A stretch of DNA of 37,940 nucleotides from Cyanobacteria bacterium J06626_4. Its GTDB lineage: Bacteria > Cyanobacteriota > Cyanobacteriia > Phormidesmidales > Phormidesmidaceae. Positions 21,094 to 30,618 of the stretch are shown here, piece after piece. The stretch is from positions 1 through 37,940 of the forward strand of contig JBCBJQ010000054.1 in assembly GCA_038523235.1 (NCBI GenBank), given 5' to 3'. The translations under genes were made by a program, and so were the position numbers. The first letter of the stretch is position 1. Every line of letters begins with the position of its first letter. Under the pieces are notes generated by a model. The model was given only the letters and a program-made list of their open reading frames with translations, was not told the DNA's origin and did not search any database.

Positions 21094-21726
21094 TCAACCA
21101 ACAACATTGGTTGGCGAAATACTCAATAGCATGCCAGGTTTGCCAGGGATCGCTCCCTTAATGACCAATAGATTGTTGTCAGCATCTACGCGAACCACTT
21201 GGAGTTTCCGAGTCGTCACACGCTTGCCCCCCAAACGACCGGCCATTTTTTTGCCCGGATAAACTCGACCCGGCGTTGTACCGGGACCAATCGATCCTGG
21301 CAGGCGATGGTTTTTGGAACCATGAGACATCGGCCCGCGACTAAAGTTATGACGCTTTTGATTGCCAGCAAAGCCTCTGCCAATGCTGGTGCCCGTGACA
21401 TCTACCAACTGGCCCGACTCAAACTGGTCAGCAGTGATGTTTTGACCGGCTTCAAATGCATTGGTCTCTGCAACTCGATATTCTTGTAGGTGGCGGACAG
21501 GCGTTGCTCCTGACTTCGCTAAATGCCCCAGCTGAGGCTTCGTCAAAGCTTTCTCAGTCACACTGCCATAACCAATCTGTACGGCGGTGTAGCCATCCGT
21601 TTGCGCAGTCTTCACTTGAGTGATGACGCAGGGGCCAGCCTCAATGACAGTGACGGGAATGGCGTTTCCCTCGTCATCAAAAATTTGGGTCATTCCCAAC
21701 TTGGTTCCAAGAATCCCAACCGACAC
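21094..21726 (-). CDS. rplC: 50S ribosomal protein L3
   Basis: [11 protein letters not shown]...GPMSHGS...[12 protein letters not shown] (GTG start). Confidence 0.98.
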   Translation of the reverse strand: MSVGILGTKLGMTQIFDDEGNAIPVTVIEAGPCVITQVKTAQTDGYTAVQIGYGSVTEKALTKPQLGHLAKSGATPVRHLQEYRVAETNAFEAGQNITADQFESGQLVDVTGTSIGRGFAGNQKRHNFSRGPMSHGSKNHRLPGSIGPGTTPGRVYPGKKMAGRLGGKRVTTRKLQVVRVDADNNLLVIKGAIPGKPGMLLSISPTNVVG

Positions 21727-22016
21727 TGTTACCCGTCTCCGTTGCTACACGTTACTGATAGAGCGAACAATCTATACCGTAGAGACTGCACACGCTCAAA
21801 AAGTTTGAAGCCGAAGGCCACAAACCGAGGAAGCTGCTCAGACAAAGAACAACTCCCCAAAATACGCCTTTGAAAAGCGCTTGCCGCACCACATAAATTC
21901 GCTCAAGCAAATCGCTGAGCGATGGCGCTTACAGGCAAGAATTTAGCCGAAGAGGCAATTCAGAAGTTGTCGCTACAGACTTAGAGCAAGCCGTCCAGTT
22001 TCCGCTTCAGCGACAG
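21727..22016 (-). promoter_or_regulatory. long structured 5' leader of the rplC operon (candidate autoregulatory RNA)
   Basis: About 290 nt between the predicted TSS and the rplC start. Stems: 21968-21975/22008-22015, and nested 21880-21885/21934-21939 enclosing a CGCTCA...TGAGCG hairpin (21900-21921). Confidence 0.5.
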
Positions 22017-22022
22017 TTATTC

Positions 22023-22051
22023 ATCATACACACCCTAATTGAATATGTCTA
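22023..22051 (-). promoter_or_regulatory. sigma70-type promoter of the ribosomal protein operon
   Basis: Minus strand TAGACA-N17-TATGAT with an extended -10 TG and an AT-rich upstream tract. Confidence 0.7.
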
Positions 22052-22141
22052 CAAAAAGTTTTGAAAGATACTGTTTTTCAGTCAAGATTGATGGTCAGGG
22101 CGGTCGAGTCCTTTCCCAAGTCTGGAATTGGGTTCCCGGTC

Positions 22142-23560
22142 TCAGTGCGATCTGCTGTAAAGCGGTAGTCGAATTTCAAATTCGATGCCCGCATCAGCGT
22201 AATAGGTGCGTTCGTGGGGCGTCCGCGATCGTACCCAGAACTGACCCCCATGTTTAGCCGTAATGATGCGGTAGCTCACTGCCAAATCCGTTTCTCGTTC
22301 GAGGCGCTGTTGCACAGTAAAAGAGTCAAGAATATCTTGATGGGTCAGCCTCGGTAGACTGGGGCCATTATCAGCAATTTTGATCGAAACCCATCGCTGG
22401 CTGCTGACGTCAGCCTCTATTCCATCATCGAGTTGAGTCGTTAGGGTGATTTTGGGTGCCAGCGTCGCCGTGATTAGAGTTGTGGCGTCAGCCGGTTTGA
22501 GTTCAGCATCGACTGCCTGACGAGCTGCTGAACTCAACAGGTTGTCAATGCAATGGGTCAAAACATTCATCAAAACCTGACCGAGTTGACCCGAGAAGCA
22601 CGGCACGGGTGGCAAGGATGTATAGTGCCGAACCACCTCAATCTGAGTGGTTAAGCGGCTCTTGAGTAATAAAACGACGCCATTCATCAGGCTGTGCACA
22701 TCGGCCGGTTTGGGATACACCTCATCGATGTGACAAAAATTTTGCAGACTGCTGGCTAACTGCTTAAGCCTTTCTGCGCCACTCTTAACACTGTTGAGGG
22801 TATTGGGTAAATCAGTTTGCAAAAACTCCAGCTCAATTTCTTCTTTTAAGTCAGTGAGTGTGGAGGGCTGTGCCTGAGCGGGTAACGATTGCTCATAGGC
22901 CGCGAGCAAGGCTAATAGCTGCTGGCAGTAGTGATCAACGTGAATCAGGTTGCCCCAAACAAAGCCGAGAGGATCCAAGATTTCATGGGAAACGCCGTCG
23001 ACGAGTCGGCCTAGAGCCGCCATTTTTTGGCTCTGTAAGATCGCGGCTTGGGTGCGCTCGTAGCGCACTTGAGTTTCGATACCGCGGATTTGCCAGTGGG
23101 CTTTATTAAGATCGTGGCTATTAAGTAGGCGATCGCCCGCTGCCGTTTTGACGAGTAAGGGCTCCCCCTGTAACGCCGTGGGTCGCCTTAGCGCGACAGG
23201 TGCCGCTGTTAATACCGGCGTGTCGGCAGCAAATACTAAAGGCTCGATCCGGGCATAGCTGTAAAGCACCGAGAGGGGTTCTGATAGAAAAAGCTCACAG
23301 CCTCGTGGGCGCAACAAGTAGTCTGACAATCGATAGCGCGAGAGCACACCGACCACAGTTTGCTGATCGATCAATAAGAGACCCGGCAGCTCAGGGGATT
23401 GGTTGAACAGCTCAGCTGCTCGGCGTCCTGAGGTCTTGATGTCGAGATGGGCATCGTAAAGAGGTAACGCCTGTAAGGTCGAGTCGATGCCCAAAGCCCC
23501 CAGGGTGGAGTCTGGCTTACTCACGCTGAAATCAGCCGCTAAGGGGAGGGAATCGGACAT
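22142..23560 (-). CDS. histidine-kinase-like protein (CBS-like N-terminus, HisKA, degenerate HATPase_c)
   Basis: H-box LGRLVDGVSHEILDP and an NtrB-like cyanobacterial HK scaffold. The N, G1, F and G2 boxes are degenerate. Confidence 0.85.
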   Translation of the reverse strand: MSDSLPLAADFSVSKPDSTLGALGIDSTLQALPLYDAHLDIKTSGRRAAELFNQSPELPGLLLIDQQTVVGVLSRYRLSDYLLRPRGCELFLSEPLSVLYSYARIEPLVFAADTPVLTAAPVALRRPTALQGEPLLVKTAAGDRLLNSHDLNKAHWQIRGIETQVRYERTQAAILQSQKMAALGRLVDGVSHEILDPLGFVWGNLIHVDHYCQQLLALLAAYEQSLPAQAQPSTLTDLKEEIELEFLQTDLPNTLNSVKSGAERLKQLASSLQNFCHIDEVYPKPADVHSLMNGVVLLLKSRLTTQIEVVRHYTSLPPVPCFSGQLGQVLMNVLTHCIDNLLSSAARQAVDAELKPADATTLITATLAPKITLTTQLDDGIEADVSSQRWVSIKIADNGPSLPRLTHQDILDSFTVQQRLERETDLAVSYRIITAKHGGQFWVRSRTPHERTYYADAGIEFEIRLPLYSRSH

Positions 23561-23769
23561 CGACTAAACAGGTAAAGAGCCTGACTAAAACAAAAGCGCT
23601 TTCAGTATGCCCGCTCCAGCGTGATAGGCGCGATCTTTGCCAGATCAGCCGCATAAATAGACAAAGCCCAAAGATATTCTCTCGCAATGGGCAAATGTAC
23701 CTTTAAACAACAATCTATGGCCTCAACAGTTCCTATGATAGGCGGGAAGCAACGGGCATCAAAATCCCT

Positions 23770-25197
23770 ATGAAGCCGCTTTTGCACCATACCAAGATCG
23801 TGGCGACCATCGGCCCCGCCAGCAGTTCCCGCGATACCCTCCTCAAGATGGTGAAGGCGGGCATGAATGTGGCCCGGCTCAACTTTTCTCACGGGAGTTA
23901 CGAAGACCACACCCGCATGATTCAGCTGCTGCGGGCGGTGTCCTCAGAGCTCAATACGCCCATCACCCTGCTACAAGACTTGCAGGGGCCAAAAATCCGG
24001 GTGGGACAGGTGGCCGACGGAGCGATGGAACTGGTGGATGGCGAGACGATCACCTTAGTTCCCTTGGGCGCAGCGGCTAATCAAGCAGACTGGGTTGAAA
24101 TTGACTATCCGTATCTGGCTGACGAAGCGCAGCCGGGCATGATGGTGCTGTTAGACGACGGCCTGCTAGAACTCAAAATCGAGACCGTAGAGCCTCCCAA
24201 AGTCATCTGCCGCATTGTGCAAGGGGGACTGCTCAAAAGCCGCAAAGGGGTTAACCTGCCTGATCTCAGCCTAAAGCTCCCGTCAATGACAGACAAAGAT
24301 AAGCAGGATTTGCGATTTGGCGTTTCCCAAGGCGTTGATTGGGTCTCGCTGAGTTTTGTGCGACAGGGAGCTGATATCGTGGCCCTCAAACAGTTGCTGA
24401 AAGCGGAAGGTGCCCCGGAAACCCCGGTCATTGCCAAGATTGAAAAGCCCCAGGCGATCGCCAACCTGAACGACATCTTGGAAGCCACCGATGGCGTCAT
24501 GGTGGCGCGTGGTGATTTAGGCGTAGAGATGAAGGCGGAGAAAGTGCCGCTGTTGCAAAAGCGGATCATTAAGGCCTGTAATTTGCGCAGCATTCCTGTG
24601 ATTACCGCCACGCAAATGTTGGAAAGCATGATTGAACATGCTCGACCAACACGGGCTGAGGCCAGTGATGTCGCCAATGCGATTATTGACGGCACGGATG
24701 CGGTGATGCTGTCAGGCGAATCCGCCGTGGGCAAGTTTCCGGTACGCGCGGTCGAGATGTTGGCTCGCATTGCCACCGATGTCGAAGCCGATCTGAGCTT
24801 TGTCAATGAGCCCCCTGAGTCAAACGACGTCACTCACGCGCTCAGCGAAGCCCTCAATGTCATTGATCAGGTGTTGGATCTGCAGTGCATTGTGGCCTAC
24901 ACCGAATCAGGCTACTCAGCCCTGATTGCGGCGGGTGAGCGTCCTAGCGTCCCGGTAGTCGCCTTCACCCCCGATCGCGATGTCTACCATCGGCTGAATT
25001 TAGTCTGGGGCGTTAAACCCATCTTGATCAGCTCATCAGCCAGCACCTTTGAAGATATGACTCAGCTAGCGGAGACAGCGCTGCTCGATGGCCAGATGGC
25101 CCAAGTCGGCGATCAGGTGCTCGTGATGGGCGGAATTCCCGCAAATCATGCACAAGGCACCAACTTTTTGAAGATCCAAACGATTGGTCGGGGATAA
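23770..25197 (+). CDS. pyk: pyruvate kinase (no C-terminal PEP-mobile domain)
   Basis: [44 protein letters not shown] and [10 protein letters not shown]. Confidence 0.98.
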   Translation: MKPLLHHTKIVATIGPASSSRDTLLKMVKAGMNVARLNFSHGSYEDHTRMIQLLRAVSSELNTPITLLQDLQGPKIRVGQVADGAMELVDGETITLVPLGAAANQADWVEIDYPYLADEAQPGMMVLLDDGLLELKIETVEPPKVICRIVQGGLLKSRKGVNLPDLSLKLPSMTDKDKQDLRFGVSQGVDWVSLSFVRQGADIVALKQLLKAEGAPETPVIAKIEKPQAIANLNDILEATDGVMVARGDLGVEMKAEKVPLLQKRIIKACNLRSIPVITATQMLESMIEHARPTRAEASDVANAIIDGTDAVMLSGESAVGKFPVRAVEMLARIATDVEADLSFVNEPPESNDVTHALSEALNVIDQVLDLQCIVAYTESGYSALIAAGERPSVPVVAFTPDRDVYHRLNLVWGVKPILISSSASTFEDMTQLAETALLDGQMAQVGDQVLVMGGIPANHAQGTNFLKIQTIGRG

Positions 25198-25244
25198 TAA
25201 GCCTGCGTTACCTAACTTGATAATCTCACTGCTAGCGAACTTTC

Positions 25245-26597
25245 ATGGTTGAAACTGCACCCGTTAAATCTACGGCACCGGCTTCGTCTAAAACTGGCCA
25301 TCCTCATCGCGTCATCATCGTTGGAGGCGGTTTCGGCGGGCTTTATGCCGCTCAATCTCTCGGTCAAGCCCCAGTCGAAGTGACCCTGATCGATCGCCGC
25401 AATTTTCATTTGTTTCAACCCCTGCTGTACCAAGTGGCGACCGGTGGTCTCTCGCCCGGTGATATTGCGTCACCCCTCCGGTCAGTGCTCAATCGCCAAA
25501 AAAACACGCAGGTTTTGCTGGGCGAGGTGACTGAGTTAGATCCTGACGCGCAGCAACTCACGCTTAAAGATGGCGATGTCGTACCCTATGACAGTCTGAT
25601 TTTGGCCACCGGCAGTGCTCACCATTATTTTGGCAATGACCACTGGGAAGCGATCGCGCCCAGCATTAAAACCATCGAAGATGCGCTCGAAGTGCGTCGC
25701 CGCATTTTCCTCGCTTTTGAAAAAGCGGAGTTAGAACCTGACCCGGAAATTCAGGCAGCCCTTTTAACTTTTGTCATTGTCGGTGCTGGCCCGACTGGGG
25801 TCGAAATGGCCGGAGCGATCGCCGATTTGGCGTACCACACTCTGAAAAAGGACTTTCGTAGTATTGATCCGAGGCAGACCAAAATCATTTTGGTAGAAGG
25901 CATGGATCGGGTGCTGCCCCCCTTTGCGCCCTCTCTGTCGGAAAAAGCAGATCAGGATCTACAGCAGCTGGGCATTGAGGTGCGCACCCAAACCTTTGTG
26001 ACTTCGTTAGAGGGCGATCAGGTCACCTTTAAGAGCGGCGACACCGAAGATACCATTCGCGCGCATACCGTCTTGTGGGCGGCGGGCGTGCGGGCCTCTT
26101 CCCTCGGTAAGGTGGTGTGCGCCAAGACTAACGCCCCCAGCGATCGCGCGGGCCGCATTATGGTAGAGCCCGACTTCAGCGTGCCGAACTATCCCAACAT
26201 CTATGTGATTGGCGATTTGGCCCATTACGCTCACCAAGACGACAAGCCCCTGCCGGGGGTCGCTCCAGTCGCCATGCAGGGGGGCAAATACGTCGCCCGG
26301 TTGATTAGCGATCGCCTGCGCGACAAACCGACGCCAGCTTTTCACTACACTGACAGCGGTAGCCTAGCGATTATTGGTCGCAGCTCTGCCGTAGTGGACC
26401 TGAACTGGACTAAGCTGACTGGCTTCCCCGCCTGGGTAGTGTGGGCACTGGTGCATGTCATGTTCCTCATTGAGTTTGATAACAAGGTCATCGTTATGAC
26501 TCAGTGGATGTGGAACTTTTTTACGCGCAACCAGGGCGCTCGACTGATTACGGGACGAGACGTGATCAAAAGCGACTCGGCCTTTATGAAGCAATAG
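25245..26597 (+). CDS. type II NADH:quinone oxidoreductase (NDH-2, Ndb family)
   Basis: GGGFGG, FQPLLYQVATG, VGAGPTGVE and IGD...VAPVAMQGG. Confidence 0.93.
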   Translation: MVETAPVKSTAPASSKTGHPHRVIIVGGGFGGLYAAQSLGQAPVEVTLIDRRNFHLFQPLLYQVATGGLSPGDIASPLRSVLNRQKNTQVLLGEVTELDPDAQQLTLKDGDVVPYDSLILATGSAHHYFGNDHWEAIAPSIKTIEDALEVRRRIFLAFEKAELEPDPEIQAALLTFVIVGAGPTGVEMAGAIADLAYHTLKKDFRSIDPRQTKIILVEGMDRVLPPFAPSLSEKADQDLQQLGIEVRTQTFVTSLEGDQVTFKSGDTEDTIRAHTVLWAAGVRASSLGKVVCAKTNAPSDRAGRIMVEPDFSVPNYPNIYVIGDLAHYAHQDDKPLPGVAPVAMQGGKYVARLISDRLRDKPTPAFHYTDSGSLAIIGRSSAVVDLNWTKLTGFPAWVVWALVHVMFLIEFDNKVIVMTQWMWNFFTRNQGARLITGRDVIKSDSAFMKQ

Positions 26598-26650
26598 GCG
26601 ATCGCCAGCCCCCTGACCGTGATTAGGCCAAGACTAATTTTCTCGATTGG

Positions 26651-26676
26651 GAGACTTTCAGGGCAGAAAGTCTTTT
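26651..26676 (+). terminator. hairpin (possible terminator of pyk-ndb, or an operator palindrome)
   Basis: AGACTTTC-N6-GAAAGTCT perfect 8-bp inverted repeat followed by TTT, 54 nt after the NDH-2 stop. Confidence 0.4.
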
Positions 26677-26694
26677 ACTCTATGTAAGGTGTCT

Positions 26695-26766
26695 GGTCGT
26701 ACAACAGGCGGCATCTCGTTGACGAGTGTAGTTACCTGCCCTCGAGTGCCGTCCTCGGTTGCGACT
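26695..26766 (+). ncRNA. candidate structured cis-regulatory leader upstream of the MntP-like gene
   Basis: Long interrupted stem GGTCG/CGACT, CAAC/GTTG, AGG/CCT, CGGCA/TGCCG, CTCG/CGAG, plus an alternative CTCG-TTGA-CGAG hairpin. A TAAGGT -10-like hexamer lies at 26685-26690. Confidence 0.35.
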
Positions 26767-26806
26767 GACCTGACCTTGTCTCGTTTCTAAAGAACGCTCC
26801 GCTATC

Positions 26807-27622
26807 TTGTTTTATTCCTCTGCCAATCTGCAGTATTTACTCATTAACGGGGCGATCGGTGTCGGCATTGCGGCTGATGCTGTCATTGCTACGATTGGTA
26901 GATTTAAACGATTTGAAACCATCCGGGATGCCTTGACCTGGGCAGCGGCGATCGGCTTTACGCATACAGTGTTTCCGATGATTGGGCTGATTGGTCTCTG
27001 GTATGCTGCTAGTTCGTTTCCCTCCCTCAAGGCGGGCATCTATGGGGCGGGTTTTGTCGTGATGGTGTGGTTTATCAATGACGTCGTTCGCGACATTGCC
27101 GGGTTAGATAATGACGCGGATGCTGACAACGATGACGCTGGCAACGATGACTTTTTCTACCGATTCTTATCGCAGCATTCGCGCTTTTGGGCGGCTGTCT
27201 GGGCCGTTTCGATCGATGCGCTGGTGACCGGGCCAGGCAAAACTGCCGCCACGGCGCAGTGGAGCCAAGCCCAAGTTTTAGGTAGCTTTCCGCTGGTGGG
27301 GTTCGTGGTGTTTGGCTTGGTGATGTTGAGTGCTTGGCCCGCTATTCTACTGCGCCGTTACTGGCAAGCCAAAAAGTTTGACAACGCTGTCGGTTTGGCT
27401 CGGTTTACCGCGATCGGGTCGTGGGTTGAGCTGAGCATTTTTATGTATTTCGCCTATTTGGCCATATCGGAAATGGTGCTGGCGCTCGGGGTGCAGCCAG
27501 TTACGAGCGAATTTTTGATCGCGGGCATCTTGGCGATTGTGACGATCGCGCTGCTGCTCATAACTTTAGGCCAACGCGTCTGGCAAACGCAATTGCAAGA
27601 AGCTCAAGACTTACTGCTTTGA
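26807..27622 (+). CDS. membrane protein, divergent MntP (manganese efflux)-like
   Basis: Multiple TM segments. Two Asp-containing helices (GIAADA and AVSIDA), plus GFTHTVFPMIG, resemble the MntP SMDA/SIDA repeats. Acidic loop DNDADADNDDAGNDD. The TTG start is uncertain. Confidence 0.6.
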   Translation: MFYSSANLQYLLINGAIGVGIAADAVIATIGRFKRFETIRDALTWAAAIGFTHTVFPMIGLIGLWYAASSFPSLKAGIYGAGFVVMVWFINDVVRDIAGLDNDADADNDDAGNDDFFYRFLSQHSRFWAAVWAVSIDALVTGPGKTAATAQWSQAQVLGSFPLVGFVVFGLVMLSAWPAILLRRYWQAKKFDNAVGLARFTAIGSWVELSIFMYFAYLAISEMVLALGVQPVTSEFLIAGILAIVTIALLLITLGQRVWQTQLQEAQDLLL

Positions 27623-27656
27623 GGCCATCCCCGGCTGCTACCAAATGTCGCTCTGC

Positions 27657-28391
27657 TTACGGACGCTCAGTTTGCCAGGCGGGATGATTTAACAACGCAT
27701 CCATCACTCTGACGCCTCGGAGCTGATTAGTGAGGGGTAAATGGCCCGCCGGGGCCTGCAGATTCCAGATAAATTCACCCGGATAGCGAGCCCAAGTGTT
27801 GCCGTCTTTCCAGGCAATTTTGGGCCATAGCTTTTCCCAATTTTTGCCGACGCCAAGCCAAATTTCTCGCTGCTTAGAAAAGCCAAAGTTCCCAGCAGAA
27901 TAGGTGAGCCACAGCCGATCTAAAGTCTGCAAATCAACGACGGGAAAGATGTTGATCTCAGTGAAATAGAGCCATTTACGTTTGACGGCATTGGCACCCG
28001 CTAGCTCGCACATCTTTTGCAGGGTGAGGCGATCGGCCTGTTCAAAGGCTTGAGCCATGAGGGCAGTCTGAATGTCGGTATAGTCAACGGCGCAGGTCGC
28101 CGGTAGTGGCACCAAGCCCTGAGCGAAATGAGTGTTGAGAAAAGCGCTGACGTCCGGATCAGAGACTGGGTGCAGCAATTGCAGCGATCGCCCCGCGGCC
28201 AACGCTGCGGCAGGTTGGTCTTTGACCTCAAGCAGATAGTCCATCAGGATCTGATATCCGGCGGAACCTGCCTCTATGATCTGGGGCAAGATGGAGAGCT
28301 GCTGCTTCAACGAAGCCTCTCTCAGTTGGCTTTTCAGCGATGCCAACAGTTCTAAAGAGGAGGGCGAATTGTCAGCGATAGAACTGCTCAT
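27657..28391 (-). CDS. gun4: GUN4 porphyrin-binding protein (Ycf53), Mg-chelatase regulator
   Basis: VDY...ADRLT...DLQTLDRLW...FGFSKQ...RYPGEFIW...APAGHLPLTNQLRG, with an N-terminal ARM-like region. Confidence 0.93.
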   Translation of the reverse strand: MSSSIADNSPSSLELLASLKSQLREASLKQQLSILPQIIEAGSAGYQILMDYLLEVKDQPAAALAAGRSLQLLHPVSDPDVSAFLNTHFAQGLVPLPATCAVDYTDIQTALMAQAFEQADRLTLQKMCELAGANAVKRKWLYFTEINIFPVVDLQTLDRLWLTYSAGNFGFSKQREIWLGVGKNWEKLWPKIAWKDGNTWARYPGEFIWNLQAPAGHLPLTNQLRGVRVMDALLNHPAWQTERP

Positions 28392-28898
28392 GTTTGGTAA
28401 CTAAAATTCCCTACCCAAAGAATAACTTGCCAAAGCGCTGCCTGGGCAGGCAATTAAGGGCTCTGTTCTTTATCCTGATCCTACAACTCAAGTGTCTGCT
28501 AAACCAAATCCATCGATCAATCTGGCGTTGAGCGAGCCCGATTCTGAGCATCAGTTCGACCACATCAGCGCTATGGCCCATCGGGAATTGTGGACTGGCG
28601 GTTCCATGTATCTGTAGAGGTATCGGATTTCTAGCCCGATACAGCACGGCCCGATGACCATGGTGAAACCAGCTCATGATGGCAATGGGCGATCGCTGCG
28701 GGCTGAGACGGGGACGACGATTCTCGTCTCTCGGGAGAAACTGTGGCTTAATTCCCCTGGTCAGTCAGTTAAGCGGAAAATCTATGTCCACAAGGGCAGC
28801 GCTGACCTTTTTCCGTATTCGTCAGCACCGACAGATTTCGACGGCGGCTCACAATGTAAAGTGGACAACGTGTAACCCCTCATCCTTTTAGCCTAGCC

Positions 28899-30326
28899 AT
28901 GTACGAACGCATTACCCCCCCGACCGTTGGCGAAAAGATTACCTTCGCGGCGGGCGAGCCGGTGGTTCCTGATATGCCCATCATTCCTTTCATTCGGGGT
29001 GATGGTACCGGCGTTGATATTTGGCCAGCGGCGCAAAAAGTCTTTGATGCTGCCGTTGCGGCTGCCTACGGCGATCGCCGTCGCATTGTCTGGTTCAAAG
29101 TTTATGCGGGCGATGAAGCCTGCGAGCAATACGGTCAATATCAGTATCTGCCCGAAGACACGCTGCAGGCCATTCGCGACTTTGGCATGGCGATTAAAGG
29201 ACCGCTCACGACCCCGATTGGCGGGGGTATCCGTTCGTTGAACGTGGCGCTGAGGCAGATTAATGATCTCTACGCCTGTGTACGACCCTGCAAATATTAT
29301 TTGGGCACCCCTTCACCTCATAAAAGCCCCGAAAAGCTCGACGTTATTGTCTATCGCGAGAACACCGAAGATATTTATCTAGGCATTGAGTGGAAGCAGG
29401 GCAACGAAATTGGCGATCGCCTCATCAAGCTACTGAATGAGGAATTGATTCCGGCCACTCCCGAACATGGCAATAAGAAAATTCGTCTTGATTCGGGCAT
29501 TGGCATCAAGCCCATTAGCAAATCGGGTACTCAGCGTTTGGTGCGCCGCGCTATCAAGCATGCCTTGCGCTTGCCACCCGAAAAGCAACAGGTGACTCTG
29601 GTGCACAAGGGCAACATCATGAAATACACCGAGGGCGCCTTTCGCGACTGGGGATATGAGCTGGCAACTGCGGAGTTTCGCGATGAGTGCGTCACGGAGC
29701 GGGAATCTTGGGTGCTGAGCAACAAAGAGGCCAACCCCGACATCTCGGTGGAAGACAATGCGCGCAAGATTGAGCCGGGCTACGACGCCCTAACTGCAGA
29801 CAAACAGGCGGAAGCCCGGCAGGAAGTTGAAGCGATTTTAGCGGCCATTTGGGCGACCCACGGCAGTGGCCAGTGGAAAGACAAGATTATGGTGAACGAT
29901 CGCATTGCCGATAGTATTTTTCAGCAAATTCAAACGCGCCCTGATGAGTATTCCATTCTGGCGACGATGAATCTGAATGGTGACTATCTGTCGGATGCGG
30001 CGGCGGCGATCGTCGGCGGTCTGGGCATGGGGCCAGGCGCCAACATTGGCGACACCTGCGCGATTTTTGAAGCGACCCACGGCACTGCGCCCAAACATGC
30101 TGGCCTAGATCGCATTAACCCTGGCTCGGTTATCTTATCGGGGGTGATGATGCTGGAATATATGGGTTGGCAAGAAGCTGCCGACCTGATTAAAACGGGG
30201 CTGGGGGCGGCGATCTCTAACCGTGAGGTCACCTATGACCTGGCTCGCATGATGGAGCCCAAGGTCGAGCCGCCGCTGAAGTGTTCTGAGTTTGCTCAGG
30301 CAATTATTGACCACTTTCACGATTAG
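28899..30326 (+). CDS. icd: NADP-dependent isocitrate dehydrogenase (cyanobacterial long type)
   Basis: [44 protein letters not shown] and EATHGTAPK. Confidence 0.98.
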   Translation: MYERITPPTVGEKITFAAGEPVVPDMPIIPFIRGDGTGVDIWPAAQKVFDAAVAAAYGDRRRIVWFKVYAGDEACEQYGQYQYLPEDTLQAIRDFGMAIKGPLTTPIGGGIRSLNVALRQINDLYACVRPCKYYLGTPSPHKSPEKLDVIVYRENTEDIYLGIEWKQGNEIGDRLIKLLNEELIPATPEHGNKKIRLDSGIGIKPISKSGTQRLVRRAIKHALRLPPEKQQVTLVHKGNIMKYTEGAFRDWGYELATAEFRDECVTERESWVLSNKEANPDISVEDNARKIEPGYDALTADKQAEARQEVEAILAAIWATHGSGQWKDKIMVNDRIADSIFQQIQTRPDEYSILATMNLNGDYLSDAAAAIVGGLGMGPGANIGDTCAIFEATHGTAPKHAGLDRINPGSVILSGVMMLEYMGWQEAADLIKTGLGAAISNREVTYDLARMMEPKVEPPLKCSEFAQAIIDHFHD

Positions 30327-30407
30327 GCAGTTGTTCAAAAACAGTATCTTGAGCACTAGGGGTTAACCCCGCTGACAGCTTGTCGTAAACATCGGTTGCC
30401 CAGAGCA

Positions 30408-30545
30408 GGGGTTTAGGCAAAAAGTCCTGAATTCAGGGATGTTTACCGATTGCTCAGGGCGCGCCTGGCTCACAAGAGAAATGATGTTTGCTAATTGACT
30501 GATTTTGAGCGTGATTTCGCCCCAAAATTAAATTGCCTAAACCCC
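30408..30545. repeat. 138-bp element bounded by perfect 13-bp inverted repeats (MITE-like candidate)
   Basis: GGGGTTTAGGCAA (30408-30420) and TTGCCTAAACCCC (30533-30545). No target-site duplication is visible. Confidence 0.4.
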
Positions 30546-30618
30546 AAAACCGGTAATTAGCTTCTAACATAGCGATTGTAGAAAGACTCGTTACGTTTCT
30601 CTGTAGGAATGAGGCTTC

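Noticed and set aside
12818..21726. Absence of rpsJ, rpsN and rpmD from the S10/spc cluster
   Set aside because: This is normal for cyanobacteria, where the cluster begins at rplC and these genes lie elsewhere or are absent.
24105..24833. 242-aa antisense ORF inside pyk, and similar shadow ORFs in secY, icd and the clp genes
   Set aside because: These are antisense in-register shadows of conserved genes caused by codon bias, with Ser/Ala-rich non-protein-like sequences.
26690..26775. Possible SRP RNA (GGTCAGGTC on the minus strand) or yybP-ykoY riboswitch
   Set aside because: It lacks the SRP GGAAGGAAGCAG helix-8 signature and the yybP-ykoY conserved core, so I kept it only as an unclassified structure.
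28856..28869. GTA-N8-AAC, a possible NtcA site upstream of icd
   Set aside because: It has one mismatch, no properly spaced -10 about 22 nt downstream, and is only 30 nt from the ATG, so it could be chance.
28392..28898. 507-bp GUN4/icd divergent spacer with short ORFs (28411-28677, 28654-28875, 28676-28891) and hairpins (GTATCGG/CCGATAC, GAGACG/CGTCTC)
   Set aside because: The ORFs overlap one another and show no recognisable motifs. The hairpins are isolated and expected at this GC content.
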